From assembly GCA_050258655.1 (NCBI GenBank), contig JBLMZF010000082.1, positions 1 through 53,073 on the forward strand: 53,073 nucleotides of DNA, given 5' to 3'. Below are positions 32,913 to 42,732 of the stretch, one piece after another. The first letter of the stretch is position 1, and each line of letters starts with the position of its first letter. The translations under genes were made by a program, and so were the position numbers. Source of the stretch: Deltaproteobacteria bacterium. Lineage in GTDB: Bacteria; Omnitrophota; Gorgyraeia; Gygaellales; Profunditerraquicolaceae. Below the pieces are notes generated by a model. That model did not search any database. It saw nothing but the letters and a program-made list of their open reading frames with translations, and was not told the DNA's origin.

Positions 32913-32940
32913 TTGCTTTTTACATAACTTTTGTTATAGT
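32913..32940 (+). promoter_or_regulatory. sigma70-type promoter (extended -10)
   Basis: TTGCTT (32913-32918), 16-nt spacer, TGtTATAGT (-10 at 32935-32940). A GAGGAGG SD precedes the ATG at 32984. Confidence 0.5.
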
Positions 32941-32983
32941 AGCAGGAAAAGGGTCGGGTCAGTAGTCAATAGAGGAGGTTGAA

Positions 32984-33793
32984 ATGATCGGCACTAAAGG
33001 CAAGGGTTCGATCGCTCTTATCATCATCATTGCCATATCCCTCGTTATTTCCGGAACTGTTTTCTTCCTTTTGCAGCAGGAAAAGAGCAAGACCCTGCAG
33101 CTTTCCAACGATCTCTCCGATACGCAGGCGAAGAACAAGAGCCTGCAGTCCCAGCTTGACGAAGTGATGAACAGGGTCTCTGAGCTCCAGGACAGCCTGG
33201 ACGACGCCAAGACGCAGGTCTCTTCCCTGACTGCCCAGCTCACGAAGGAAAAAGCCTCGAAGCAGGAATCAAGCAGGCAGATCGCGGCCCTGCAGCAGGA
33301 GCTTGACCAGCAGAAAGCGCTCAAGACTGATCTTGAGAAAAAGCTCGCCGATTCCGTGCAGGCAGCGCAGGCGCTGGACGCGCGCGTGAAGGGGATGGAG
33401 ACTCAGCTCAAGGACCTCGAGGCGGTCAAGGTCGCGCTCGAGAGCAAGGTCAAGAATTACGAGGACAAGAAGAACGTGGAGCTGGGTAAGATCGTGGTCA
33501 GCCAGGAAAACACCCCGGCCCCCGCGGCTTCCGCTGTTTCCGCCGCCGTTCCTGTCAAAGCCCTCGAAGGCAAAGTCCTGGTCCTCAACAAGGATTATAA
33601 TTTCGCGGTGATCAACCTCGGCAACAAGGACGGGGTCGCCGTCGGGAATGAATTCACGGTGTTCCACAACAACAAGCCGATCGCCGATCTCAAGATCGAG
33701 AAGGTCCATGAGGGCATGTCGGCCGCCGGGTTCGCTCCCGAGCTCAAAGGCAAGATCGTCGAAGGGGACAAGGTCGAGCTGAAGACAAAATGA
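32984..33793 (+). CDS. membrane-anchored coiled-coil protein with a C-terminal beta-rich domain, function unknown
   Basis: N-terminal TM (IALIIIIAISLVISGTVFFLL), then ~150 aa of heptad-like Q/L/K/E-rich sequence, an Ala/Pro linker, and the C-terminal domain GKVLVLNKDYNFAVINLGNKDGVAVGNEF...IVEGDKVELK. ATGA overlap with aroA. Confidence 0.5.
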   Translation: MIGTKGKGSIALIIIIAISLVISGTVFFLLQQEKSKTLQLSNDLSDTQAKNKSLQSQLDEVMNRVSELQDSLDDAKTQVSSLTAQLTKEKASKQESSRQIAALQQELDQQKALKTDLEKKLADSVQAAQALDARVKGMETQLKDLEAVKVALESKVKNYEDKKNVELGKIVVSQENTPAPAASAVSAAVPVKALEGKVLVLNKDYNFAVINLGNKDGVAVGNEFTVFHNNKPIADLKIEKVHEGMSAAGFAPELKGKIVEGDKVELKTK

Positions 33794-35106
33794 TCTCTTT
33801 CAAGGTAAAGGGCGCCGCACGGGATATCCACGGCGCCCTTTCCATGCCCGGAGACAAATCCATCGCCCACCGCTGCGCCATTCTCGGCGCGCTGTCCCCA
33901 AAGGTCACTACCCTCACCAATTTCCCGCTCAATGATGATTGCCTCGCTACGCTTTCACTTCTCAAGCAGCTGGGTATCCCGGTCGATATAAAGGGAAAAA
34001 CGGTTCGCATCCACGGCAAGGGGCTTCGCGGATTGAGGAGGCCTTGCGGCAGACTGCTGGTCAGAGAGTCGGGTACCACATTCCGGCTGATGCTTGGTGT
34101 CCTTGCAGGCCAGGGATTTCCCTGCGAGCTTTCCGCGGGCAGGAGCCTGGCCGCACGCCCCATGCTGCGCGTGACCGCCCCGCTTCGTTCGATGGGAGCC
34201 GGGGTCAAAGGGAAAGGAAAGGGCGGGGAGGAATATCCTCCCGTGGACATCCGTCCCGCAGCCCTTCACGCCATCTCCTATCAGATGCCGGTCGCTTCCG
34301 CTCAGGTCAAATCCGCTCTGCTTCTGGCCGGACTTTATGCCGCGGGGACAACAAGGATAAAAGAAAAGCTGACGACACGAGACCATACCGAACGCCTGCT
34401 TGCCTCGTTCAAGGCTGATATACACCGCACGGGGAAGACGGTCTCGGTCAGCGGAGGCCGGTCACTCGTCTCTCCCGGGCGGATACTCATACCCGGCGAT
34501 ATCTCTTCCGCGGCTTTCTTTGCCGTTCTCGGCGCTATCATCCCCGGTTCCCGGGTGACCATAAAGGATGCCGGGCTGAACGGGACAAGGACCGGTTTCA
34601 TCTCTGTGCTGAAGAGGATGGGCGCCGGGATACGCATCCGTCGCGGGAAGCCGGGGGCGGAGCCCTACGGGGATATCACGGTGACCGGCGCAAGGCTGAA
34701 AGGGACGCGGGTAGGCAGGCAGGAAATACCTTCTCTTATCGATGAACTGCCTATATTGATGGTCGCCGCGGCCTGTGCCGGGGGGGAAACCGTGTTCGAC
34801 GGCGTGGAGGAACTGCGTGTCAAAGAGACTGACCGTATCCGGTCGATGCTGGAAAATCTGGCACTGATGGGTGCAAAATGCCGGGTAAAGAGGCGGGGGA
34901 AGCACGAGACTATAGTCATCACCGGCTCTCAGGAGCTTACCGGCGCTTCTGTAAAGAGTTACGGCGACCACAGGACGGCGATGAGCATGATCATAGCAGG
35001 CCTGAAGGCCCGGGGCGCCACCCGGATCGATGATGTGAGCTGCATAGACAAATCATTCCCCGGTTTCATAGCCGCTTTGGCAAAAATGAAGGTTTTTTTG
35101 CCCTAA
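33790..35106 (+). CDS. aroA: 3-phosphoshikimate 1-carboxyvinyltransferase (EPSP synthase)
   Basis: MPGDKSIAHR, ESGTTFRL, ELRVKETDRI, GDHRTAMS. Confidence 0.9.
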   Translation: MISFKVKGAARDIHGALSMPGDKSIAHRCAILGALSPKVTTLTNFPLNDDCLATLSLLKQLGIPVDIKGKTVRIHGKGLRGLRRPCGRLLVRESGTTFRLMLGVLAGQGFPCELSAGRSLAARPMLRVTAPLRSMGAGVKGKGKGGEEYPPVDIRPAALHAISYQMPVASAQVKSALLLAGLYAAGTTRIKEKLTTRDHTERLLASFKADIHRTGKTVSVSGGRSLVSPGRILIPGDISSAAFFAVLGAIIPGSRVTIKDAGLNGTRTGFISVLKRMGAGIRIRRGKPGAEPYGDITVTGARLKGTRVGRQEIPSLIDELPILMVAAACAGGETVFDGVEELRVKETDRIRSMLENLALMGAKCRVKRRGKHETIVITGSQELTGASVKSYGDHRTAMSMIIAGLKARGATRIDDVSCIDKSFPGFIAALAKMKVFLP

Positions 35107-35114
35107 GTTTTCAT

Positions 35115-35143
35115 TTGACACCAAGTTTAATCTCTGATAGAAT
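35115..35143 (+). promoter_or_regulatory. sigma70-type promoter of the mre operon (extended -10)
   Basis: TTGACA (35115-35120), 17-nt spacer, TGaTAGAAT (-10 at 35138-35143). Confidence 0.6.
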
Positions 35144-35202
35144 CTTTCCAACCGAAAACATCTCCTTTCCAATCCCCGTTAAATAGACTGACAGGAGCAC
35201 AA

Positions 35203-36276
35203 ATGGGTAAAATGAAAGACCTTTCCAAGAATGTCTCCAATTATTTCCTTGGATTGCTTCCCAATGACATGGGAATAGATCTGGGGACCGCTTCCACGCT
35301 GGTGTACGTGAAGGGACAGGGGGTCGTGCTCCAGGAACCTTCGGTCGTGGCGGTGGAACGGGGGACATCGCACGTGCTTGCCGTTGGCGCGGAAGCCAAG
35401 CGCATGTTGGGAAGGACACCCGGCAATATAGCGGCCATCCGGCCGATGAAGGACGGCGTCATCGCCGATTTCGACATCACCGAGGCCATGCTCCGTCATT
35501 TCATCAACAAGGTCCACCGCAGGTTCGTGGTCAAGAGACCCCGTATCCTCATCGCCATCCCTTCCGGCATCACCGAGGTCGAGAAGAGGGCGGTCAAGGA
35601 TTCCGCCGAACGGGCCGGAGCCAGCGCCGTCTACCTGATCGAGGAACCCATGGCAGCGGCCATAGGCGTCGGCCTTCCCATACAGGAACCCGTCGGCAAC
35701 ATGATCATCGATATCGGCGGCGGTACTACCGAGATAGCGGTCATCTCCCTGGCCGGCATTGTCTTCTCGAAATCGATCCGCATCGCGGGCGATGAGATGG
35801 ACCAGGCGATCATCGAGCACCTCAAGAAGACCTATAACGTCATGATCGGCGAGCGCACGGCCGAACAGATCAAGATGAAGATCGGTTCCGCCTACCCGCT
35901 TGAAGAGGAGATGACGATGGAGGTCAAGGGGCGCGACCTGGTGGCCGGACTTCCCAAGACCGTGACCATCACCTCCGAAGAAATACGTGACGCCCTTCAG
36001 GAGCCTTTGCGGGCTATCCTTGAATCGGCGAAGATCTCGCTCGAGCGTACGCCTCCGGAACTTTCCGCCGACCTTATCGAGCACGGCATTGTCATGGCGG
36101 GCGGCGGTTCGCTGCTGCGCGGCCTCGACAAGCTGATCTCGGAAGAGACGGGATTGCCCGTCCACGTCGCCGATGACCCTGTCACGGCCGTCGTCTGCGG
36201 CACGGGCACCGTGCTCAACGAGATCCGTTATCTCAAAAAGGTCACTGTACCGATTAAATCCGAGATCCATTCCTGA
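35203..36276 (+). CDS. mreB: rod shape-determining actin homologue MreB
   Basis: [45 protein letters not shown]. Confidence 0.95.
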   Translation: MGKMKDLSKNVSNYFLGLLPNDMGIDLGTASTLVYVKGQGVVLQEPSVVAVERGTSHVLAVGAEAKRMLGRTPGNIAAIRPMKDGVIADFDITEAMLRHFINKVHRRFVVKRPRILIAIPSGITEVEKRAVKDSAERAGASAVYLIEEPMAAAIGVGLPIQEPVGNMIIDIGGGTTEIAVISLAGIVFSKSIRIAGDEMDQAIIEHLKKTYNVMIGERTAEQIKMKIGSAYPLEEEMTMEVKGRDLVAGLPKTVTITSEEIRDALQEPLRAILESAKISLERTPPELSADLIEHGIVMAGGGSLLRGLDKLISEETGLPVHVADDPVTAVVCGTGTVLNEIRYLKKVTVPIKSEIHS

Positions 36277-36303
36277 CACCTGCGTTAAGCCGCTTTCCCG
36301 GAT

Positions 36304-37074
36304 GTGGGTACGTTCAAAGGCAAAAGACCACTCTTATACGTCCTCCTGATCGCTTCCATCGTAGCGTTCTCCTCCTTTATTCCTCCCTTACGGCCGCCCA
36401 TCATCGCATTGCTGCGCTTCCCTCTGATCGTCCTGACCGCGGTCAAGAACGAGATCGGGGGGATGATCTTTTATCACCGCAACATGGTACTTGCCGGCCG
36501 TCTTACTGACGAGAACCGCCTCCTGCAGCGCAAGGTCTCCGACGCGCAGGAGGCATACCGCGAGAACGCCCGTCTCACCGAACTGCTCAACCTCAAGAAG
36601 TCAGTCCCGTACAAAGTGATCGCCGCCCGCGTCATCGGAAAAAGCCCCTCGAACTGGTCATCGTCGCTGATCATCGACCGGGGAAGCGCAAGCGGCATCA
36701 GGAAAGGCTACGTCTGCGTTAATTTCCTCGGGCTTATCGGCAGGGTCGTCGAAGTGTCGCCTTCCTCGAGCAAGATCCTCATGATAAACGATCCCAACCT
36801 CTGTGTATCCTCGCTCCTTCAAAGGAGCAGGGAGGAGGGCCTGATATCGGGGAGCCTCAGCGGGACACTGATCATGAAATACCTCTCCAGAGAGAGCGAT
36901 ATCAGGGTCTCCGATGCCGTTGTTACCTCCGGGTTGACCGAAGCGTTCCCGAAAGGCATCGTGATCGGGACCGTAGCCGCGATCCGTGAGGAATTCTCGG
37001 GCTCGCGTTACGCGGTCGTCCGGCCCGCCGTCGACCTGTCTACGGTCGAAGAGGTGCTGGTGATCATCCCATGA
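36304..37074 (+). CDS. mreC: rod shape-determining protein MreC
   Basis: N-terminal TM, a coiled coil (LQRKVSDAQEAYRENARLTELLNLK), and a beta-barrel region (GLIGRVVEVSPSSSKILMINDP). GTG start. Confidence 0.85.
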   Translation: MGTFKGKRPLLYVLLIASIVAFSSFIPPLRPPIIALLRFPLIVLTAVKNEIGGMIFYHRNMVLAGRLTDENRLLQRKVSDAQEAYRENARLTELLNLKKSVPYKVIAARVIGKSPSNWSSSLIIDRGSASGIRKGYVCVNFLGLIGRVVEVSPSSSKILMINDPNLCVSSLLQRSREEGLISGSLSGTLIMKYLSRESDIRVSDAVVTSGLTEAFPKGIVIGTVAAIREEFSGSRYAVVRPAVDLSTVEEVLVIIP

Positions 37075-37553
37075 GACGACTGATCCCTTTCGCTGTCCTT
37101 ATCGCCCTGGCTGGTCTCGCGCAGGTGACGCTGCTCTCCGACGTGCGCGTCTTCGGCGCCGGACCCGACCTGTTCCTGGCGCTTTGCGTGATCGCGGCAG
37201 TCAGCCTCGATCCGCGCAGGGCGCTGCTCACCGGCCTTTTCGGCGGAGTGCTCAAGGACCTGTTCGACCCGGGACCTTTCGCCGTCAACTGCATCGTATT
37301 CCCCCTCATGACCCTTCTGATCTCCAGGCTTAACCGTACGCTTCCGCTCGAAAGCAGGCTGTCCTGCTCGATCGTCACCGCCATCAGCGTGCTTGCCGTC
37401 AACATCACGGCCTGGATCATGCTCGCGTTCGCCCAGGTGACCCTGGCGCAGGGGGCGCTCCTGCGCATCATGTTCCTGGAATCGCTCCTGACCGCGCTGG
37501 CCTCGGCCGCGCTGTTCACCTTCGTCAAGCCTGCAGACTATTCCCGTCCATGA
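37071..37553 (+). CDS. mreD: rod shape-determining protein MreD
   Basis: Small polytopic membrane protein with ATGA overlaps to mreC and mrdA. The call rests on position. Confidence 0.7.
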   Translation: MRRLIPFAVLIALAGLAQVTLLSDVRVFGAGPDLFLALCVIAAVSLDPRRALLTGLFGGVLKDLFDPGPFAVNCIVFPLMTLLISRLNRTLPLESRLSCSIVTAISVLAVNITAWIMLAFAQVTLAQGALLRIMFLESLLTALASAALFTFVKPADYSRP

Positions 37554-39313
37554 GATCATTCTTCCTCCATAAAGCCGCGATCGCCGTGTATATCCTGCTC
37601 ATTCTGAGCCTGTTCAGCCTTCAGGTGATCCGGGGCGCCAAGTACCGGGAACTGAGCAACAAGAATTGCATCCGCCTCATCCCGCAGGGGGGCAGCCGCG
37701 GGAAGATCCTTGACGCCAACGGCATGGTGCTCGTCGGCAACAATGTTTCCTACGACGTGATCTGCCTGCCTCAGGACAGGAAAAAGGATAAGCCGTTCGT
37801 GCCGCTTGCCAACCTTCTCAAGTGCGATCCCGACCAGCTGCAGAAGAATTTCAGGCAAAATTATTCGGCGCCGAGCATTCCTGTCGTAATCGCGCAGGAT
37901 ATCGGTCTTAAGAAGGCCGCGGAACTGGAGGAGAAACGGTTCGATCTCGATAATGTCATCGTCCAGACGAATACAAGCAGGTTCTACCCTTTCGGAAGCC
38001 TCGGCTGCCACATCTTCGGATACATCAGCGAGATCGACAGGTGGCGGCTGACCAAGCTCGAGGACTATGGCTACAAGACGAAGGACATGGTGGGTTTCGG
38101 CGGGGTGGAGGAAAAGTACGATTATTATCTGAGACAGGAGGACGGAGGGCTTTCCGTCGAGGTGGACCATCAGGGGAGGTTCGTGCGGACGCTCGGGTAC
38201 AAGCCCGGGGAACAGGGGCGCGACCTTCAGTTGACGGTCGATTACCGCGTGCAAAGGATCGCTGAGGACAGCCTCGACGGTAAAGGATGCGCGCTGGTGA
38301 TGGACGCGAATACGGGTGCGGTCCTGGCGATGGTGAGCAAGCCCGGCTTTCAGCCGTCGGCGTTCGTCAAGAGGCCGCGTCCGCAGAGCGTGGGGGAATA
38401 TTTCACCTCTTCTTCGGCTCCTCTGCTTAACCGTGCAATCAGCTGTACCTATCCTCCCGGTTCCGTTTTCAAAATGCTGGTCGCCTGCGCGGCCCTCGAA
38501 ACCGGCAAGATCGACGCTGATACGGTGTTCGAATGCAAGGGAGGGCTGGTCATCGGGAGGAGGCTCTTCCAGTGCTGGGACACGCATGACAGGCAGGACA
38601 TCATTTCCGCCATCGCCCATTCCTGCGACGTCTTCTTCTACCGGACGGGCCTGGCCGTGGGTGGACAGACCATCCATGATTACGCGGTCAGGTTCGGTTT
38701 CTCCCGTCCATCCGGGATCGAGCTTCCCTATGAGGCGGGCGGCTTCGTGCCTAACCCGGTCTGGAAACGGCTCTCGCAGTTCAAGCAGTGGTACGACGGG
38801 GATACGGCGAACCTGTCGATAGGCCAGGGAGAGCTCCTGGTCTCGCCGCTGCAGGTCTGCAGGATGACGGCTGTGTTCGCCAACGGCGGGAGACTGGTAA
38901 CGCCTTTTATCATCAAGGCGATAGACACGATGGACGTATCACGACAGCATATGAGGGCCGTAGACCTGCATCTGAAGGAGCGTACGCTGAGGCAGATCCG
39001 CAAGGGGATGCGAAAGGCGGTGGAATCGGGGACCTGTTCGGTCCTTGCTTCGCTGCCTGTTGAAGTGGCGGGTAAGACCGGTACGGCGCAGATCTCCGGG
39101 AAAGAGGCGGACAACCACGGCTGGTTCACCGGTTTCTTCCCTTACGCGAAGCCCAGGTATGTCATCAGCGTTTTCCTGGAAAAGGGCGGACACGGTACAT
39201 CCGCGGCCGCTGTCGCCAGAGATGTGATCGAGAAGATGTGCGAGGACGGACTGGTCGAACTTCCGGTAAAAACCACGGCGCTGCCCAAAGAAGGACAGAC
39301 GAAGGTGCAATAA
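37550..39313 (+). CDS. mrdA: peptidoglycan D,D-transpeptidase MrdA (class B PBP2)
   Basis: SxxK (GSVFKML), SxD/N (HSCDVFF), KTGTAQ. Located between mreD and rodA. Confidence 0.9.
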   Translation: MRSFFLHKAAIAVYILLILSLFSLQVIRGAKYRELSNKNCIRLIPQGGSRGKILDANGMVLVGNNVSYDVICLPQDRKKDKPFVPLANLLKCDPDQLQKNFRQNYSAPSIPVVIAQDIGLKKAAELEEKRFDLDNVIVQTNTSRFYPFGSLGCHIFGYISEIDRWRLTKLEDYGYKTKDMVGFGGVEEKYDYYLRQEDGGLSVEVDHQGRFVRTLGYKPGEQGRDLQLTVDYRVQRIAEDSLDGKGCALVMDANTGAVLAMVSKPGFQPSAFVKRPRPQSVGEYFTSSSAPLLNRAISCTYPPGSVFKMLVACAALETGKIDADTVFECKGGLVIGRRLFQCWDTHDRQDIISAIAHSCDVFFYRTGLAVGGQTIHDYAVRFGFSRPSGIELPYEAGGFVPNPVWKRLSQFKQWYDGDTANLSIGQGELLVSPLQVCRMTAVFANGGRLVTPFIIKAIDTMDVSRQHMRAVDLHLKERTLRQIRKGMRKAVESGTCSVLASLPVEVAGKTGTAQISGKEADNHGWFTGFFPYAKPRYVISVFLEKGGHGTSAAAVARDVIEKMCEDGLVELPVKTTALPKEGQTKVQ

Positions 39314-39317
39314 GACT

Positions 39318-40415
39318 ATGGGGACACGGCTCAGGATACTTATCATCGCTCTGCTGATCTGCCTGCTCGGCGTTTTGTCGATCTACAGCAGCACCCTGGA
39401 GAAGGGAGGCGTCTGGAAGGACATCTACCAGAAGCAGCTGATGTGGATAGCCATAGGTGTTGTCTTATATTTCTTCTTCTCCCGCTTCAATTACCGCCGT
39501 CTCTGGGACTGGATGTATTTTATCTATGGCCTAACAGTCTTCCTGCTGTTCCTCGTCTTTGCGCTGGGCATCATCAGGCTCGGGGCCCAGCGCTGGCTGA
39601 AGTTATTCTGGTTCAGCGTCCAGCCTTCCGAGGTGGCTAAGCTCATCGTGCTCGTATTCCTGGCCCGGTATTTCAGCCGCAAGGCGGTGGATACGGTATC
39701 GCTTAAGAACAGGAGCCTGGGCATCTTCCGGGGGGTCATACTGCCGTTCATCTTCGTCGCCATACCCGCAGGCCTGGTGATCGAACAGCCTGACCTGGGG
39801 AGCGGCCTGATGCTGTTCATCCTGTTCTTCATCATGCTTTTCGTCAGCAACGTGCGGATGCGCTACCTTGTCCTGATCGTCGCTATTATCGCCGCGGCGT
39901 TCCCTTTCGCGTGGAACAAGCTGCACGGCTACCAGAAGGAGAGGATAATGGTCTTCCTTAATCCCAATGCCGATCCGCTGGGCGCCGGATATACCGTTGT
40001 CCAGGCCAAGATAGCTATCGGGTCGGGCGGGTTCTTCGGGAAGGGGTGGCTGGCGGGGACTCAGAGCCAGCTGCATTTCCTGCCGGAATCGCACACTGAC
40101 TTCATCTTCTCCACGTTCACGGAGGAGTGGGGGTTTATGGGCGGGTTGATACTTATCCTGCTGTATTTTCTGCTGCTGAGGGAGGCGTTCAGCGCCGCTG
40201 ACAGGACGTCGGACGATTTCGGCAAACTGCTTGCCCTTGGTATCGCTTCGCTCCTGGCGGTCCAGTCCTCGATCAATATCGCGATGAACATGGGGCTGGC
40301 GCCGATCGTGGGGATCCCGCTGCCTCTGATGAGCTACGGAGGCTCATCCGTCATCACCACCTTCATCGCCCTCGGCATCGTCGCTAACGTCCACTCCACA
40401 CGTGCCGTTTTTTAA
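39318..40415 (+). CDS. rodA: SEDS peptidoglycan polymerase RodA
   Basis: SEDS motifs VQPSE, TDFIFS.F.EEWGF, LPLMSYGGSS. Follows mrdA. Confidence 0.9.
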   Translation: MGTRLRILIIALLICLLGVLSIYSSTLEKGGVWKDIYQKQLMWIAIGVVLYFFFSRFNYRRLWDWMYFIYGLTVFLLFLVFALGIIRLGAQRWLKLFWFSVQPSEVAKLIVLVFLARYFSRKAVDTVSLKNRSLGIFRGVILPFIFVAIPAGLVIEQPDLGSGLMLFILFFIMLFVSNVRMRYLVLIVAIIAAAFPFAWNKLHGYQKERIMVFLNPNADPLGAGYTVVQAKIAIGSGGFFGKGWLAGTQSQLHFLPESHTDFIFSTFTEEWGFMGGLILILLYFLLLREAFSAADRTSDDFGKLLALGIASLLAVQSSINIAMNMGLAPIVGIPLPLMSYGGSSVITTFIALGIVANVHSTRAVF

Positions 40416-40463
40416 CGTAAATCCCTTTACACGCCTCGTTTTTCACTTTAAACTAATTCCTCT

Positions 40464-42152
40464 ATGATAGATGACCGATTGTTAGGATTAAGGAAGCCTG
40501 CCAGGTATATCGGCAGCGAATGGAACGTCAGGAAAAGCGCCTTCGGGGACGCCCGGGTAAAGTGCGCCCTGTGCTTCCCCGACCTGTACGAGGTCGGCAT
40601 GAGCAACCTGGGATTGCGCATCCTTTACGACGTGGTCAACCGCGTCGAAGGAGCCTGCTGCGAACGCGTCTTTTCCCCGGACCTGGACATGGAAAAGTTC
40701 CTGCGGGAGAACAATGAGCCGCTGTTCTCGCTCGAGTCCCAGCAGCCGCTGTCCCGTTTCGACCTTGTCGCGTTCAACATCGGCTACGAGCTCGGTTACA
40801 CCAACGTCCTCAATGTCCTTGATCTTTCCCGTATACCCCTGAAGTCGTCGGAACGTTCGGCGCAGGACCCGGTCATCATCGCCGGCGGTTCCGCCGTCCT
40901 CAATCCCGAACCGATTCACGAGTTCATCGACGCGTTCTTCGTCGGAGAGGGTGAGGAAGGGATGGCAGAGATAGCGGCTGCGGTCAGGGACCATAAAGCC
41001 TCTTCCAGCAGGGAAGAGATGCTCGGACGGCTTGCCGCGATCGAAGGCGTCTACGTGCCTTCTCTCTACAAGGGCGGACACAGCATAAAGAAGCGGTTCG
41101 TCGCCGACCTGGAGAACAGCGCGTTCCCGATTGATTGGCTTGTGCCTTATATCCAGCTGGTGCACGACCGGGTGACGGTGGAAGTGATGCGCGGATGCCC
41201 GAACCGCTGCCGGTTCTGCCAGGCGCGCTCACAGTACTACCCTTTAAGGATACGCAAACCGGACACTGTCTGCAGGCTGGCCGAGGAGGCTTTCCGCCGG
41301 ACCGGGTATGAGGAGATATCGCTTGCCGGCCTGTCGGTCAGCGACTATCCCGGCCTCAAGGAGGTGCTGTCCTCGCTTATCGGGAGGTTCAAGAAGGAAG
41401 GGGTGGGACTGTCGCTGCCTTCCATCAAGCCCAAGCTCATGCTGGGCGAACTCTCGACATTGATCGCGTCCATCCGCAAGACAGGCCTTACCTTCGCGCC
41501 AGAAGCGGGCAGCGACCGCCTGCGCCGGGTCATCGGTAAGGATTTCACCGAGGAGGAGCTGTTCGCCACCCTTACGAAGGCCTATGAGGCGGGTTACCAG
41601 CACGTGAAGCTTTATTTCATGATCGGCCTGCCTTCTGAGACCGACGCGGACCTGGACGCCATCGTGGACCTTGCGCAGCGGGTCTCCGACCTCTCCAGGA
41701 AACTCAAAGGGCGGCCGGCCCAGGTCAACATCAGCGTCAATACCCTTATCCCCAAGCCCCATACCCCTTTCCAGTGGGAAGGGGTGCTGCCCGAAGCGGA
41801 GATACAGCGGCGGCAGGAGTATATAAAGAGGAAGACGCGCAACCGCAACCTCAGATTTTCCTTCCATAACCGTTCGATGAGCTTCCTTGAATCAGTCTTC
41901 TCGCGGGGTGACCGGGCGCTTTCGCCTGTGATCCTGAGCGCGTACCGCAAAGGCTGCCGTTTTGACGGGTGGGACGAGCATCTTAACCTCGCCGCATGGA
42001 CTGATTCCTTCAAGGAATGCGGGGTGGATCCCCAGCGTTACCTGGCAGCCCGGGACATCTCCGTCAGCCTTCCCTGGGATTTCATCGACACCGGCATTCC
42101 CAAAGAGGAACTTCTCAGGGAGTATAAGAGAAGCAGGGAAGAAGCGGCGTAA
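40464..42152 (+). CDS. radical SAM protein, TIGR03960-like (B12-binding-like N-domain)
   Basis: CPNRCRFCQA (CxxxCxxC) cluster. N-terminal FPDLYEVGMSNLGLRILY is typical of the TIGR03960 family, which is often found next to rodA/rng loci. Confidence 0.7.
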   Translation: MIDDRLLGLRKPARYIGSEWNVRKSAFGDARVKCALCFPDLYEVGMSNLGLRILYDVVNRVEGACCERVFSPDLDMEKFLRENNEPLFSLESQQPLSRFDLVAFNIGYELGYTNVLNVLDLSRIPLKSSERSAQDPVIIAGGSAVLNPEPIHEFIDAFFVGEGEEGMAEIAAAVRDHKASSSREEMLGRLAAIEGVYVPSLYKGGHSIKKRFVADLENSAFPIDWLVPYIQLVHDRVTVEVMRGCPNRCRFCQARSQYYPLRIRKPDTVCRLAEEAFRRTGYEEISLAGLSVSDYPGLKEVLSSLIGRFKKEGVGLSLPSIKPKLMLGELSTLIASIRKTGLTFAPEAGSDRLRRVIGKDFTEEELFATLTKAYEAGYQHVKLYFMIGLPSETDADLDAIVDLAQRVSDLSRKLKGRPAQVNISVNTLIPKPHTPFQWEGVLPEAEIQRRQEYIKRKTRNRNLRFSFHNRSMSFLESVFSRGDRALSPVILSAYRKGCRFDGWDEHLNLAAWTDSFKECGVDPQRYLAARDISVSLPWDFIDTGIPKEELLREYKRSREEAA

Positions 42153-42181
42153 ATCCTTCCGGCTGCGGGACGTAAAATATA

Positions 42182-42210
42182 TTGCCAAATCCCGGCTCCT
42201 CAAGTATAAT
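42182..42210 (+). promoter_or_regulatory. sigma70-type promoter of the filament-motor operon
   Basis: TTGCCA (42182-42187), 17-nt spacer, TATAAT (42205-42210). It sits 30 nt before the ATG at 42240. Confidence 0.55.
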
Positions 42211-42239
42211 CTTCTCATCATAGAAAAGAGAAAAAATCC

Positions 42240-42680
42240 ATGCCTTTAAGAAGAATCATCACTAAACCGTTGGGTGAACTGCTCATAGACCTGGGCATCA
42301 TCTCACGGGAAAACGTCGATAAGGCCCTGCAGATCCAGAAGCAGAAAGGGGGACTCTTCGGCGAGATCCTCGTCGAGATGGGGTGCGCCAAGGAAGAGGA
42401 TATCGCCCAGGTCCTGACGGTGCAGTACGGTTTCCCTTATCTGCCGCTCTCGAACTACGATATCAGCCCCGACGTCATCAAGATAATCCCCGAGAAGATC
42501 GCCAAGGCGAACAACCTCATCCCCATCGATAAGATCGGCAGTAACCTGACGCTTGCGATGTCCAACCCGCTGAATTCGAAGGCGATAGAAGAAGTGGAAG
42601 CGCTCTGCGGCTGCAATGTCCAGGTCTTCATCGCGACGATGTCGGACGTCAAGAACGCGATCGCGAAATATTACAAATAA
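42240..42680 (+). CDS. stand-alone T2SSE_N/MshEN domain protein (putative c-di-GMP receptor)
   Basis: 146 aa with no ATPase domain. Residues 10-33 are PLGELLIDLGIISRENVDKALQIQ and residues 39-62 are LFGEILVEMGCAKEEDIAQVLTVQ, separated by the 5-residue spacer KQKGG. This is the tandem xLGxxLLxxGLLxxxxLxxxLxxQ layout of MshEN domains. Confidence 0.7.
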   Translation: MPLRRIITKPLGELLIDLGIISRENVDKALQIQKQKGGLFGEILVEMGCAKEEDIAQVLTVQYGFPYLPLSNYDISPDVIKIIPEKIAKANNLIPIDKIGSNLTLAMSNPLNSKAIEEVEALCGCNVQVFIATMSDVKNAIAKYYK

Positions 42681-42732
42681 GTCACCGCTCGATTGTCCTC
42701 ACATACCGTCACAGGCGAGGTAATGGATTTAG

